Origin: the human T2T-CHM13v2.0 reference genome, Homo sapiens | Length of the DNA: 64,000 bases | Reading direction: 5' to 3' (one strand) | Assembly (NCBI RefSeq): GCF_009914755.1 | Contig: NC_060944.1 | Part shown: in pieces, positions 14,251-29,400 of the stretch | Position numbering within the stretch: position 1 is the stretch's first letter | Layout: each line of letters opens with the position of its first letter | The notes under the pieces: model-generated | Databases searched by the model: none | Seen by the model: the letters and a program-made list of their open reading frames with translations, nothing else | Told to the model about the DNA's origin: nothing | Made by a program: the position numbers and the translations under genes

Positions 14251-16379
14251 ATTAGAATGGAAAGGAACGGCATGGAATGGAATGGAATGGAATGGAATGG
14301 AATGGAATGGAATGGAATGGAATGGAATGCAAGGGCATGGAATGGAATGGAGTCAACAGGAATGGAATGGAATGGAATGGAACCAACACGAGTGGAATGA
14401 AATGCAAAGGAGCGGAATGGACAGGAAAGGAATGGAAAGGAACTGAATGTAATGGAATCGAATGGAGTGGAATTGAATGGAATGCAATGGAATCAATGTG
14501 AGTGAAATGGAATGGAATGGAACGGAATGGAGGGGAAAGGAATTGAATGGAAAGGAACTCAATGGAATGGAATGGAATAGAGTGGAATGGAATGGAATGG
14601 AATGGAATGGAATTGAAAGGAATGGAATCAATCCGACAGGAATGGAAAGGAATGGAATAGAATGAAATGGAATGGAATGGCATGGAATGGAATCGAATCA
14701 ATCCGAGTGGAATGGAATGGAATGGAATGGAATGGAATGGAATGGAATAGAATGGATTTGAATGGAATGGAATCAACCCGAGTGGAATGGAAAAGAATGG
14801 AATGCAATGGAATGGAATGCATTGGAATGGAATGGATTGGAATGGAATCAACCCGAGTGGAATGGAATTGAATGGAATGGAATGGAATGCAAAGGATTGC
14901 AATCAAACCGAGTGGAACAGAGTAGAATGGAATGGAAGGGAATGGAATGGAATAAACTGGAGTGGAATGCATTGGAATGGAATGGAGTGGAGTGGAATGG
15001 AATGGAATGGAGTGGAGTGGAATGGAATGGAATGGAATGGAATGTATTGGAATGGAATGGAATTAAACCGATTGAAATGGAGTGGAATGGAATAGAATGG
15101 AATGGAATGGAAAGAAACGGATTGGAATGCAGTGGACTGGAAAGAAATGGAATTGAATGGAATGGAATGGAAAAGAATGGAAAGCAATGGAATGGAATGG
15201 AATGGAATGGAATGGAATGGAATGGAATGGAATGGAATTTAATGGAATGGAATGGAATGGAATGGAATCAATCCGAGTGGTATGCAATGGAGTAGAATGG
15301 ATTGGAATGCAATGCAATCAACCCGAGTGTTATGCAAAGGAGTGGAATGGAGTGGAATGGGATGGAATGCAGTCAACACGCGTGGAATGGAATGGATAGT
15401 AATGGAATGGAATGGAATGGAATGGAATGGAATCAAACCGAGTGGAATGGAATGGAATCAACCCGAGTGGAATGGAATGGAATGGAATTGAGTGGAATCA
15501 ACACGAGTGGAATGGAATGGAAAGGAATGGAATACAATGGAATGCAATGGCATGGAATGGAATGGAATGGAGTGCAACGGAATAGAATGGAATGGAATGG
15601 AATGGAATTGATTAGAATGCGATGGAAAGGAACGGAAAGGAACCACCTGAAATGCAAAGGAATAGAATGGAATGCAATAGAATGGAATGGAATGGAATGG
15701 AATCAACCCGAGTGGAACGGAATGCAAAGGAACGGAATGGAGTGGAATGGAATTGAATGGAAAGGAACTCAATGGAATGGAATGGAATAGAGTGGAATGG
15801 AATGGCATGAAATGGAATGGAATCAATGCGAGTGTAATGCAATGGAATGGAATGGAATGGAGTGGAATGGAATGGAATGAAAAGGAATTGAATCAATGCA
15901 AGTGTAATGGAATGGAATATAATGGAGTGGAATAGAATGGAATGGAATGGAATGGAGTGGAATAAACTGGAATGGAATGGAATGGAACAGAATGGAATGG
16001 AATTGAATGGAATGGAATCAACTAGAATGGAAAGGAATGGAATGGAATGGAATGCAATGGAATGGACTGGAATGGAATCAACCAGTGTGGAATGTAATGC
16101 AAAGGAATGGAACGGAATCAACAACAGTGTAATGGAAGGGAATGGAATAGAATGGAATGGAAAGCAATGCAGTCAACACGAATGGAATCCAATGGAGAGG
16201 AATCTAATGGAATGGAATGGAATGGAATGGAATGGAATGGAATGGGATAGAATGGAATCAAACCGAGGGGAGTGGAATGGAATTGAAGGTAATGGAATGG
16301 AATAAATTGCAATGGAAAAGAATGGAAAGGAACGGAATGGAATCAACCAGAGTGCAATGGAATTGAATGGAATGGAATG

Positions 16380-19000
16380 GAATGGAATCAACCGGAGTGG
16401 AATGGAATTGAATGGAATGGAATGGAATGGAATCAACCCGAGTGGAATGGAATGGAATGGAATTGAATGGAATTAACCCGGGAGAAATGGAATAGAAAGG
16501 AACGGAATGGAATTTAATGGAATGGAAACGAATGGAATGGAATGGAATGGAATGGAATGGAATGGAATGGAATGGAATGGAATGGAATGCAAAGGAATGG
16601 AAAGGAATGGAATGGAATGGAATGGAATGCAATGGAGTCAATGCAAGTGTAATTGAATGGAATGGAATGGAATGGAATTAACAAAAGGGGAATGGATGGG
16701 AATGGAATAGAATGGAATGGAATGGAATGGAAAGCAATGGAGTCAATACGAATGGTATCGAATAGAATGGAATGCAAAGGAATGGAATGGAATGGAATGC
16801 AATGGAATGGAATGGGATGGGATGGAATGGAAACAAACCGAGTGGAGTGGAATGGAATTGAATGGAATGGAATGGAATTAAATGGAATGAAAAGGAATGG
16901 AAAAAAATGGAATGGAATGGAATGGAATGGAATGGAATGGAATGGAATCGAATGGAATCAACCAGAGTGGAATGGAATTGAATGGAATGGAAAGGAATGG
17001 AATGGAATAAATTGTAATGGAAAGGAATGGAATGGAATGGAATGGAATCAACCAGAGTGGAATGGAATTGAATGGAATGGAATGGAATGGAATCAAACCG
17101 AGTGGAAAGGAATTGAATGGAATGGAATAGAATGGAATGGAATGGAATGGAATGCAATGGAATGGAAAGGAATAGAATAGAATGGAATGGAAAGGAATGC
17201 ATTGGAGTAGAATGGAATGGAATGGAATGGTATCAATGCAAGTGTAATTGAATGGAATGGAATGGAGAGGAATGGAATGGAATTGATTTGAATGCAATAG
17301 AATCACCTGGAATCGAATGGAATGGAATGGAATCAACTAGAATGGAAAGTAATGGAATGGAATGTAATGCAGTTGAATGGAATGGAATGGAATCAACCCG
17401 TGTGGAATGTAATGCAAAGGAATAGAATGGAAAGGAATGGAATCAACAAAAGTGTAATGGAAGGGAATAGAATAGAATGGAATGGAATGGAATGGAATGG
17501 AATGGAATGGAATGGAAAGCAATGGAGTCAACCCGAATGGAATCGAATGGAATGGAATGCAATGGAATGGAATGGAATGCAATGGAATGGAATGGAATGG
17601 GATGGGATGGAATGGAATGTTTTCAACCAGAGTGATATAGAATTGAATGGAATGGAATGGAATGGAATCAACCCGAGTGGAATGGAATTGAATGGAATGG
17701 AATGGAATGGAATGGAATGGAATGGAATGGAATCAACCAGAGTGGAATGGAATTGAATGGAATGGAATGGAATGGAATCAACCCGAGTGGAATTGAATGG
17801 AAAGGAATGGAATGGAATGGAATGGAATCAACCCGAGTGGAATGGAATGCAATGGAATGAAATGGAATGGAATGGAATGGAATGGAATCAACCAGAGTGG
17901 AATGGAATTGAATGGAATGGAATGGAATGGAATCAACCCGAGTGGAATGGAATGGAATGGAATTGAATGGAATTAACCCGAGTGAAATGGAATGGAAAGG
18001 AACGGAATGGAATTTAATGGAATGGAATGGAATGGAATGCAATGGAATGCAAAGGAATGGAAAGGAATGGAATGGAATGGAATTGAATGGAGGCAATGCA
18101 AGTGTAATTGAATGGAATGGAATGGAATGGAATCAACAAAAGTGGAATGGAACGGAATGGAATAGAATGGAATGGAATGGAATGGAAAGCAATGGAGTCA
18201 ATACGAATGGAATCGAATAGAATGGAATGCAAAGGAATGGAATGGAATGGAATGGAATGGAATGGAATGGAATGGAATGGGATGGGATGGAATGGAAACA
18301 AACCGAGTGGAGTGGAATGGAATTGAATGGAATGGAATGGAATTAGTTGGAATAGAAAGGAATGGAATAGAATGGAATGGAATGGAATCTACCAGAGTGT
18401 AATGAAATTGAATGGAATGGAATAAAATGGAATGGAAAGAAATGGAATGGAATGCATTGGAATCAACCAGAGTGGAATGGAATGGAATCGAATGGAATGG
18501 AATGGAATGGAATGGAATCAAACCGAGTGGAATGGAATTGAATGGAATGGAATGGAATGGAATGGAATGCAATGGAATGGAAAGGAATGGAATAGAATGG
18601 AATGGATAGGAATGGATTGGAGTGGAATGGAATGGAATGGAATGGAGTGGTGTCAATGCAAGTGTAATTGAATGGAATGGAATGGAATGGAATGGAGAGG
18701 TATGTAATGGAATTGATTTGAATGCAATGGAATCAACTGGAATATAATGGAATGGAATGGAATTAACTAGAATGGAAAGGAATGGAATGGAATGGAATGC
18801 AGTTGAATTGAATGGAATGGAATCAACCCGTGTGGAATGTAATCCAAAAGAAACGAATGGAAAGGAATGGAATCAAAAAAAGTCTAATGGAAGGGAATGG
18901 AATAGAATGGAATGGAATGGAATGGAATGGAAAGCAATGGAGTCAACCTCAATGGAATAGAATGGAATGGAATGCAATGCAATGGAATGGAATGGAATGG
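16380..19000 (+). repeat. Diverged ~1.45 kb tandem duplication
   Basis: AGTCAATACGAATGG 16741/18196, AAACAAACCGAGTGGAGTGG 16831/18296, CAGTTGAA 17370/18800 (offsets 1430-1465). Confidence 0.65.
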
Positions 19001-19799
19001 AATGGAATGGAATGGAATGGAATGGAATGGAATTTAATGGAATGGAATGGAATAGAATGGAATCAACCCGAGTGGTATGCAATGGAGTGGAATGGATTGT
19101 AATGGAATGCAATCAACCCGAGTGTTATGCAAAGGAGTGGAATGGAGTGGAATGGGATGGAATGCACTCAACACGCATGAAATGGAATGGATAGTAATGG
19201 AATGGAATGGAATGGAATGGAATCAAACCTAGTGGAATGGAATGGAATGGAATCAACCCGAGTGGAATGGAATGGAATGGAATTGAGTGGAATCAACACG
19301 AGAGGAATGGCATGGAAAGCAATGGAATAAAATGGAATGCAATGGTATGGAATGGAATGGAATGGAGTGCAACGGAATAGAATGGAATGGAATGGAATGG
19401 AATTGATTGGAATGCGATGGAAAGGAATGGAAAGGAAACACCTGAAATGCAAATGAAAAGAATGGAATGCAATGGAATGGAATGGAATGGAATGGAATCA
19501 ACCCGAGTGGAACGGAATGCAAAGGAATGGAATGGAGTGGAATGGAATTGAATGGAAAGGAACTCAATGGAATGGAATGGAATAGAGTGGAATGGAATGT
19601 CATGAAATGGAATAGAATCAATGCGAGTGTAATGCAATGGAATGGAATGGAATGGAGTGGAATGGAATGGAATGAAAAGGAATGGAATCAATGCAAGTGT
19701 AATGGAATGGAATATAATGGAGTGGAATAGAATTCAATGGAATGGAATGGAGTGGAATAAACTGGAATGGAATGGAATGGAACAGAATGGAATGGAATT

Positions 19800-22700
19800 G
19801 AATGGAATGGAATCAACTAGAATGGAAAGGAATGGAATGGAATGGAATGCAATGGAATGGACAGGAATGGAATCAACCCGTGTGGAATGTAATGCAAAGG
19901 AATGGAATGGAATGGAATGGAATCAACAAAAGTGTAATGGAAGGGAATGGAATAGAATGGAATGGAAAGCAATGCAGTCAACACGAATTGAATCCAATGG
20001 AGTGGAATCTAACGGAATGGAATGGAATGGAATGGAATGGAATGGAATGGAATGGAATGGAATGGAATGGGATAGAATGGAATCAAACCGAGGGGACTGG
20101 AATGGAATTGAAGGTAATGGAATGGAATAAATTGTAATAGAAAGGAATGGAATGGAACGGAATGGAATCAACCAGAGTGCAATGGAATTGAATGGAATGG
20201 AATGGAATGGAATCAACCCGAGTGGAATGGAATTGAATGGAATGGAATGGAATGGAATCAACCCGAGTGGAATGGAATGGAATGGAATTGAATGGAATTA
20301 ACCCGAGAGAAATGGAATAGAAAGGAGCGGAATGGAATTTAATGGAATGGAAAGGAATGGAATAGAATGGAATGCAAAGGAATGGAAAGGAATGGAATGG
20401 AATGGAATTGAATGGAGTCAATGCAAGTGTAATTGAATGGAATGGAATGGAATGGAATCAACAAAAGTGGAATGGAAGGGAAAGGAATAGAATGGAATGG
20501 AATGGAATGGAAAGCAATGGAGTCAATGCTATTGGAATCGAATAGAATGGAATGCAAAGGAATGGAATGGAATGGAATGCAATGGAATGGAATGGGATGG
20601 GATGGAATGGAAACAAACCGAGTGGAGTGGAATGGAATTGAATGGAATGGAATGGAATTAATTGGAATGGAAAGGAATGGAATAGAATGGAATGCAATGG
20701 AATGGAATGGAATGGAATGGAATGGAATGGAATGGAATGGAATGGAATGGAATGGAATCAGCCAGAGTGGAATGGAATTGAATGGAAGGGAAAGGAATGG
20801 AATGGAATAAATTGGAATGGAAAGGAATGGAATAGAATGGAATGGAATCAACCAGAGTGGAATGGAATTGAATGGAATGGAATGGAATGGAATCAAACCG
20901 AGTGGAATGGAATTGAATGGAATGGAATGGAATGGAATGGAATGGAATGGAATGGAATGCAATGGAATGGAATGGAATGCAATGGAATGGAAAGGAATGG
21001 AATAGAATGGAATGGAAAGGAATGCATGGCAGTGGAATGGAATGGAATGGAATGGAGTGGTATCAACGCAAGTGTAATTGAAGGGAATGGAATGGAATGG
21101 TATCAATGCAAGTGTAATTGAACGGAATGGAATGGGGAGGAATGGAATGGAATCAACCTGAGTGGAATGGAATGGAATGCAATGGAATGGAATGGAAAGG
21201 AATGGAATGGAATGGAATGGAATGGTATCAACCCGAGTGGAATGGAAAAGAATGGAATGCAATGGAATGGAATGCATTGCAATGGAATGGATTGGAATGG
21301 AATCAACCCGAGTGGAATGGAATTGAATGGAATGGAATGGAATGCAAAGGAATGCAACCAAACCGAGTGGAAAAGAGTCGAATGGAATGGAAGGGAATGG
21401 AATGGAATAAACTGGAGTGGAATGGTTTGGAATGGAATGGAGTGGAGTGGAATGGAATGGAATGGAATGGAATGGAATGGAATGGAATGGAATTTAATGA
21501 AATGGAATGGAATGGAATGGAATGGAATGGAATGGAATGGAACGGAATGGATTTTAATGAAATGGAATGGAATGGAATGGAATGGAATGGAATGGAATGG
21601 AATGGAATGGAATCAACCCGAGTGCTATGCAATGGAGTGGAATGGAATGGAATGGAATGGAATGGAATGGAATGGAATGGAAAGGAATGGACTAGAATGG
21701 AATAAATTGCAGTGGAATGGTATGGAATGCAAAGTAATATAATGAAAATGAGTGGAATCCACCAAAATGGAAACGAAAGGAATGGAATGGAATGGAATGA
21801 ATGGAATGGATTGGAAAGGAATCAACCCGAGTGGAATGGAAAGGAATGGAATGGAATGGAATGGAATGGAATGGAATTGAATGGAATGGAATCAACTAGA
21901 ATGGAAAGGAATGGAATGGAATGGAATGCAATGGAATGGACAGGAATGGAATCAACCCGTGTGGAATGTAATGCAAAGGAATGGAATGGAATGGAATGGA
22001 ATCAACAAAAGTGTAATGGAAGGGAATGGAATAGAATGGAATGGAAAGCAATGCAGTCAACACGAATTGAATCCAATGGAGTGGAATCTAACGGAATGGA
22101 ATGGAATGGAATGGAATGGAATGGGATAGAATGGAATCAAACCGAGGGGACTGGAATGGAATTGAAGGTAATGGAATGGAATAAATTGTAATAGAAAGGA
22201 ATGGAATGGAACGGAATGGAATCAACCAGAGTGCAATGGAATTGAATGGAATGGAATGGAATGGAATCAACCCGAGTGGAATGGAATTGAATGGAATGGA
22301 ATGGAATGGAATCAACCCGAGTGGAATGGAATGGAATGGAATTGAATGGAATTAACCCGAGAGAAATGGAATAGAAAGGAACGGAATGGAATTTAATGGA
22401 ATGGAAAGGAATGGAATAGAATGGAATGCAAAGGAATGGAAAGGAATGGAATGGAATGGAATTGAATGGAGTCAATGGAAGTGTAATTGAATGGAATGGA
22501 ATGGAATGGAATCAACAAAAGTGGAATGGAAGGGAAAGGAATAGAATGGAATGGAATGGAATGGAAAGCAATGGAGTCAATGCTATTGGAATCGAATAGA
22601 ATGGAATGCAAAGGAATGGAATGGAATGGAATGCAATGGAATGGAATGGGATGGGATGGAATGGAAACAAACCGAGTGGAGTGGAATGGAATTGAATGGA

Positions 22701-23995
22701 ATGGAATGGAATTAATTGGAATGGAAAGGAATGGAATAGAATGGAATGCAATGGAATGGAATGGAATTAATTGGAATGGAAAGGAATGGAATAGAATGGA
22801 ATGCAATGGAATGGAATGGAATGGAATGGAATGGAATGGAATGGAATGGAATGGAATCAGCCAGAGTGGAATGGAATTGAATGGAAGGGAAAGGAATGGA
22901 ATGGAATAAATTGGAATGGAAAGGAATGGAATAGAATGGAATGGAATCAACCAGAGTGGAATGGAATTGAATGGAATGGAATGGAATGGAATCAAACCGA
23001 GTGGAATGGAATTGAATGGAATGGAATGGAATGGAATGGAATGGAATGGAATGGAATGGAATGGAATGCAATGGAATGGAATGGAATGCAATGGAATGGA
23101 ATGGAATGCAATGGAATGGAAAGGAATGGAATAGAATGGAATGGAAAGGAATGCATGGCAGTGGAATGGAATGGAATGGAATGGAGTGGTATCAACGCAA
23201 TTGTAATTGAAGGGAATGGAATGGAATGGTATCAATGCAAGTGTAATTGAATGGAATGGAATGGGGAGGAATGGAATGGAATCAACCTGAGTGGAATGGA
23301 ATGGAATGCAATGGAATGGAATGGAAAGGAATGGAATGGAATGGAATGGAATGGTATCAACCCGAGTGGAATGGAAAAGAATGGAATGCAATGGAATGGA
23401 ATGCATTGCAATGGAATGGATTGGAATGGAATCAACCCAAGTGGAATGGAATTGAATGGAATGGAATGGAATGCAAAGGAATGCAACCAAACCGAGTGGA
23501 AAAGAGTCGAATGGAATGGAAGGGAATGGAATGGAATAAACTGGAGTGGAATGGTTTGGAATGGAATGGAGTGGAGTGGAATGGAATGGAATGGAATGGA
23601 ATGGAATGGAATGGAATTTAATGAAATGGAATGGAATGGAATGGAATGGAATGGAATGGAATGGAATGGAATGGAATTTAATGAAATGGAATGGAATGGA
23701 ATGGAATGGAATGGAATGGAATGGAATGGAATCAACCCGAGTGCTATGCAATGGAGTGGAATGGAATGGAATGGAATGGAATGGAATGGAATGGAATGGA
23801 AAGGAATGGACTAGAATGGAATAAATTGCAGTGGAATGGTATGGAATGCAAAGTAATATAATGAAAATGAGTGGAATCCACCAAAATGGAAACGAAAGGA
23901 ATGGAATGGAATGGAATGAATGGAATGGATTGGAAAGGAATCAACCCGAGTGGAATGGAAAGGAATGGAATGGAATGGAATGGAATGGAATGGAA
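19800..23995 (+). repeat. Recent near-identical ~2.1 kb tandem duplication (approx. 19.80-21.88 kb and 21.88-24.0 kb)
   Basis: Private markers shared only by the two copies: AGGGGACTGG 20091/22145, AGTCAATGCTATTGG 20521/22575, AGTGCTATGC 21621/23740, AAACGAAAGG 21771/23890 (offsets 2054-2119). Confidence 0.92.
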
Positions 23996-26439
23996 TGGAA
24001 TGGAATGGAATGGAATCACACCATGTGGAATGGAAAGAATGGAATGGAATGGAAAGCAATGGCATGGAATGGAATGGAAAGGAATCGAATGGAATGGAAT
24101 GGAATGGAATCAACCAGGTTGAAATGTAATGGAATGAAATGGAATGGAATGGAATGGAATGGAATGGAATGGAATAGAATGGAATGGAATGAAATGGATT
24201 GGAATCAACCTGCGTGGAATGTAGTGCATTCGAATGGAATGGAATCAACCCGATAGGAATGGAATGAAATGGAATGGAATGCAATGGAACTGAATGGAAA
24301 GGAATGGAATCAATCTTACTGGAATGGAAGGGAATGGAATGGAAAGGAATGGAATGGAATAGAAAGCAATGGAATCAACCCGACTGGACTGGAATGGAAT
24401 GGAATGGAATGGAATGAAATGGAGTCAAACCGACTGGAAGGGAATGGAATGGATTGGAATGGAATGGAATGGAATCAACTCGAAGGGAGTGGAATGGAAT
24501 GGAATGGAATGGAATGGAATGGAATGGAATCCACCCACGTGGAATGGAATGGATTGGAATGGATTTTAATGAATGGAATGGAATGGAATGGACTTCACAC
24601 GACTGCAACGGAATGTAATGGAATGGAATGGAACCAACCCGAGTGGAATGGAATGGAATGGAAATTAATGGAATGGAATGGAATGCAATCAACCCGAGGG
24701 AATGGAATGGAATGCAATGAAATGGTTTGGAATGGTGTGGAATGGAATGGAATGGAATGCAATGGAATGGAATCAAAGCGAGTGGAATGGAATGGAATGG
24801 AATCAACACGACTGGAATGGAAGGGAATGGAATGGGATGGGATGGAATGGAATGGAATGCAATGCAATGGAATCAACCCGAGTAGAATTGAAAGGAATGG
24901 AATGGAATGGAATGGAATGGAATGCAATGTAATCCACCCGATTAAAATGGAAAGGAATGGCATGGAATGGAATGGAATGGAATGCAAGGGCATGGAATGG
25001 AATGGATTCAACTGGAATGGAATGGAATGGAATGGAATCAACACGAATAGAATGAAATGGAAAGGAGTGGAATGGACAGGAAAGGAATGGAAAGGATCTA
25101 AATGTAATGGAATCGAATGGAGTGGAATTGAATGGAATGGAATGGAATCAATGTGAGTGAAATGGAATGGAATGGAACGGAATGGAGGGGAATGGAATGG
25201 AATGGAATGGAATGCAATGGAATCAATGCGAGTGCAATGGAATGGAATGGAATGGAATGGAATGGAAGGGAATGCAGTAAATAAAATGGAATTTATTTGA
25301 ATGGAATTTAATCAACTGGAATAGAATGGAATGGAATGGAATGGAAAGGAATGGTATGGAATGGAATGCCATGGAATGGAATGGAATGGAATTAACAAGA
25401 CTGGAAAGGAATGGAATGGAATGGAATGGAATGGAATGGAATGGAATGGAATGGAATGGAGAGGAGGCAAACTGAGTGGAATGGAATGGACTGCAATGGA
25501 ATGGAAAGGAATGGAATGGAATGGAATGGAATGCAACGGAATGGAGTGGAATGGAATGGAAGGGAATAGACTGGAATGGAATGGAATGGAATCAATGCAA
25601 GTGTAATGGAATGGAATGGAATGGAATAGAATGGAGTGGAATTGATTGAAGTTGATATGAATGGAATGGAATCAACTGGAATGGAACAGAATGGAATGGA
25701 ATGGAATGGAAGCAACTAGAATGGAAAGGAATGGAATGGAATGAAATGGAATGGAATGGAATGGAATGGAATGGAATGGAATGGAATCAACAAAAGTGGA
25801 ATGAAATGGAATGGAATACAACGGAATGGAATGGAATGGAATGGAATAAACCAGAGTGGAATGGAATGGAATGGAATGCAATGGATTCGTTTGGAATTTA
25901 ATTAACGCGATTGGAATGGAGTGGAATGGATTGTAATGGAATGGAAAGAAGCCGATTGGAATGCAGTGGACTGCAAAGGAATGGAATTGAAAAAGATGGA
26001 ATGGAATGGAATGGAATGCAATGGAATGGAATGGAATGAAATGGAGTCAACCCGAGTGGAGTGGAATGGAATGGAATGGAAAAGAATGGAATGGAATACA
26101 ATCAACCCGAGTAGAATGGAATGGAGTGGAATGGAATGGAATGGATTGGAATGGAATGGAATCGAATGCAATGGAATGGAATAGCGTGGAATGAAATGGA
26201 ATGCAATGGAAAGGAATCAAGCCAGGTGGAATTGAAAGGAATGGAATGCAATTGAATGCAAAGGAATGGAATGGAATCAACCCGAGTGGAATGTAATGGC
26301 ATGGAATGGAGTGGAATGGAATGGAAAGGAATGGAATGGATTCAAAGCAATTGGAAAGGAATGGAATGGAATGGAATGGAATCAACCCGAGTGGAATGGA
26401 GTGCAACGGAATGGAATGAAATGGAATGGAATGGAATGG

Positions 26440-29400
26440 AATGGAATCAACGTGATTGTAAAGGAATAAAATGAAATGGAATGAAATGGAATGCAATTGA
26501 ATCAACTCGATTGGAAAGGAATGGTTGGAATGGAAATGAAAGGAATGGAATGGAATGAAATCAACCCGAATGGAATGGAATGGAATGGAATGGAATTCAA
26601 TGGCATGGAATGGAATAGAATGGAATCACCCCGAGTGGAATTGAATGGAATGGAATGGAATGGAAGGGAAGGGAATGGAATGGAATGGATTCAAACCAAA
26701 TGGAATGGAATGGAATGGATTGGAATGGAATGGAATTGAATGGAATAAACTGAAGTGGAATGGTATAGAATGGAAAGGAATGGATTGGAATGGAATGGAA
26801 TGGGAAGGAATGGAATCAAATAGAATGGAAAGGAATGGAATGGAATGGAATGCAGTGGAATGGAATGGAATGGAATCAACCCCTGTGGAATGTAATGCAA
26901 AGGAATGGAATGGAAATGAATGGAATAAACAAAAGTGGAATGGAAGGGAATGGAATAGAATTGAATGGAATTGAATGGAAAGCATTGGAGTCAACCCGAA
27001 TGAAATCGAATGGAATGGAATGCAATGGAATGGAACGGAATGCAATGGAATGGAATGGAATGGAATGGAATGGGATGGAATGGAATCAAACCGAGTGGTG
27101 TGGAATGGAATTGAATGTAATGGAATGGAATAAACTGCAATTGAAAGGAATGGAATGGAATGTAATGGAAACAACCAGAGTGGAATGGAATGGAATGGAA
27201 TGGAATGGAATGGAATCAACCCGAGTGGAATTGAATTGAATGGAATGGAAGGGAATGGAATCAATGCGAGTGGAATCGAATGGAATGAATTGATTGGAAT
27301 TAATCCGAGTGAAATGGAATGGAAAGGAATGGAATGGAATTTAATGCAATTGAATGGAATGGAATGGAATCAACCTGAGTGGAATGGAATAAAATGGAAT
27401 GGAATGGAAAGCAATGGAATTGCATGGAATCAACCAGAGATGAATGGAATTGAATGGAATGGAATGGATTGGAATCAACCCAAATGGAATGGAATGGAAT
27501 GGCATTGAATGGAATTACCCCGAGTGAAATGGCATGGAAAGGAAAGGAATATAATTTAATGGAATAGAATGGAATGGAATGGAATGGAATCAACCCGAGT
27601 GGAATTGAATGGAATGAAATGGAATGCAATGGAATGAAATGGAACCAATAAGAGTGGTATGGATTGGAATGGAATGGAATGGAATGAAAGTTAATGGAAA
27701 GAACCCGAATGGAATGGAATGGAATGGAATGGAATGGAATGGAATGGAATGGAATGGAATGGAAATGAATGGAAAGGAATACACCAGAGTGGAATGCAAT
27801 AGAATGGAATGGAATGGAATGGAATGGAATGGAATGGAATGGAATGGAATTAAAAGGAATGGAATCAATCTGACAGGAATGGAATAGAATGAAATGGAAT
27901 GGAATGGCATGGAATGGAATGGAATCAACCCGAGTGCAATGGATTTGAATAGAATGGAAGGGAATAGAATGGATTTGAATGGAATGGAAACAACCCGAGT
28001 GGAATGGAAAAGAATGGAATGCAATGGAATGGAATGCATTGGAAGGGAATAGAATGGAACGAAATCAACCCGAGTGGAGTTGAATTGAATGGAATGGAAA
28101 GGAATGCAAAGGAATGCAATCAAACCGAGTGGAAGAGAGTAGAATGGAATGGAAGGGAATGGAATGGAATAAACTGGAGTGGAATGGATTGGAGTGGAAT
28201 GGAATGGAATGGAATGGAATGGAATGTATTGGAATGGAATGGAATTAAACCGATTGAAATGGAGTGGAAAGGAATAGAATGGAATGGAATGGAAAGAAAC
28301 GGGTTGGAATGCAGTGGACTGGAAAGAAATGGAATTGAATGGAATGGAATGAAAAGGAATGGAAAGCAATGGAATGGAATGGAATGGAATGGAATCAACA
28401 CGAATGGAATGGAATTTAATGGAATGGAATTGAATGGAATGGAATGGAATGGAATTTAATGTAATGGAATGGAATGGAATGGAATCAACCCGAGTGGTAT
28501 GCCATGGAGTGGAATGGAATGGAATGGAATGGAATCAACCCGAGTGTTATGCAAAGGAGTGGAATGGAATGGAATGGGATGGAATGCAGTCAACACGAGT
28601 AGAATGGAATGGATTGTAATGGAACGGAATGGAACGGAATGCAATCAAACCGAATGGAATGGAATGGAATCAACGCGAGTGGAATGGAATGGAATGGAAT
28701 TGAGTGGAATCAACACGAGTGCAATGGAATGGAAAGGAATGGACCGGAATGGAATGCAATGGCATGGAATGGAATGGAATGGAGTGCAACGGAATAGAAT
28801 GGAATGGAATGGAATGGAATGGAATTGATTGGAATGCGATGGAAAGGAATGGAAAGGAACCACCTCAAATGCAAAGGAATAGAATGGAATGCAATGGAAT
28901 GGAATGGAATGGAATGGAATGGAATAAACCCGAGTGGAACGGAATGCAAAGGAACGGAATAGAGTGGAATGGAATTGAATGGAAAGGAACTGAATGGAAT
29001 GGAATGGAATAGAGTGGAAAGAATGGAATGAAATCGAATGGAATCAATGCGAGTGTAATGTAATGGAATGGAATGGAATGGAATGAAAAGGAATGGAATG
29101 GAATTAAAAGGAATGGAATCAATGCAAGTGAAATGGAATGGAATGGAATGGTGTGGAATAAACTGGAATGGAATGGAATGGAACAGAATGGAATGGAATT
29201 GAATGGAATGGAATCAACGAGAATGGAAAGGAATGGAATGGAATGGAATGCAATAAACCCGTGTGGAATGTAATGCAAAGGAATGGAATGGGATCAACAA
29301 AAGTGTAATGGAAGGGAATGGAATAGTATGGAATGGAAAGCAATGCAGTCAACACCAATGTAATCGAATGGAGTGGAATCTAATGGAATGGAATGGAATG

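Noticed and set aside
20339-23751. Longest ORFs (340 aa at 20339-21361 and 452 aa at 22393-23751, minus strand)
   Set aside because: Both lie in the two copies of the 2.1 kb duplication but differ in extent because of pentamer-count changes. Their length only reflects the scarcity of stop codons on the CATTC strand.
25277-25290. AATAAA polyadenylation-like signal (also many GGAATAAA words elsewhere)
   Set aside because: It arises readily from pentamer variants, and there is no gene or downstream element context.
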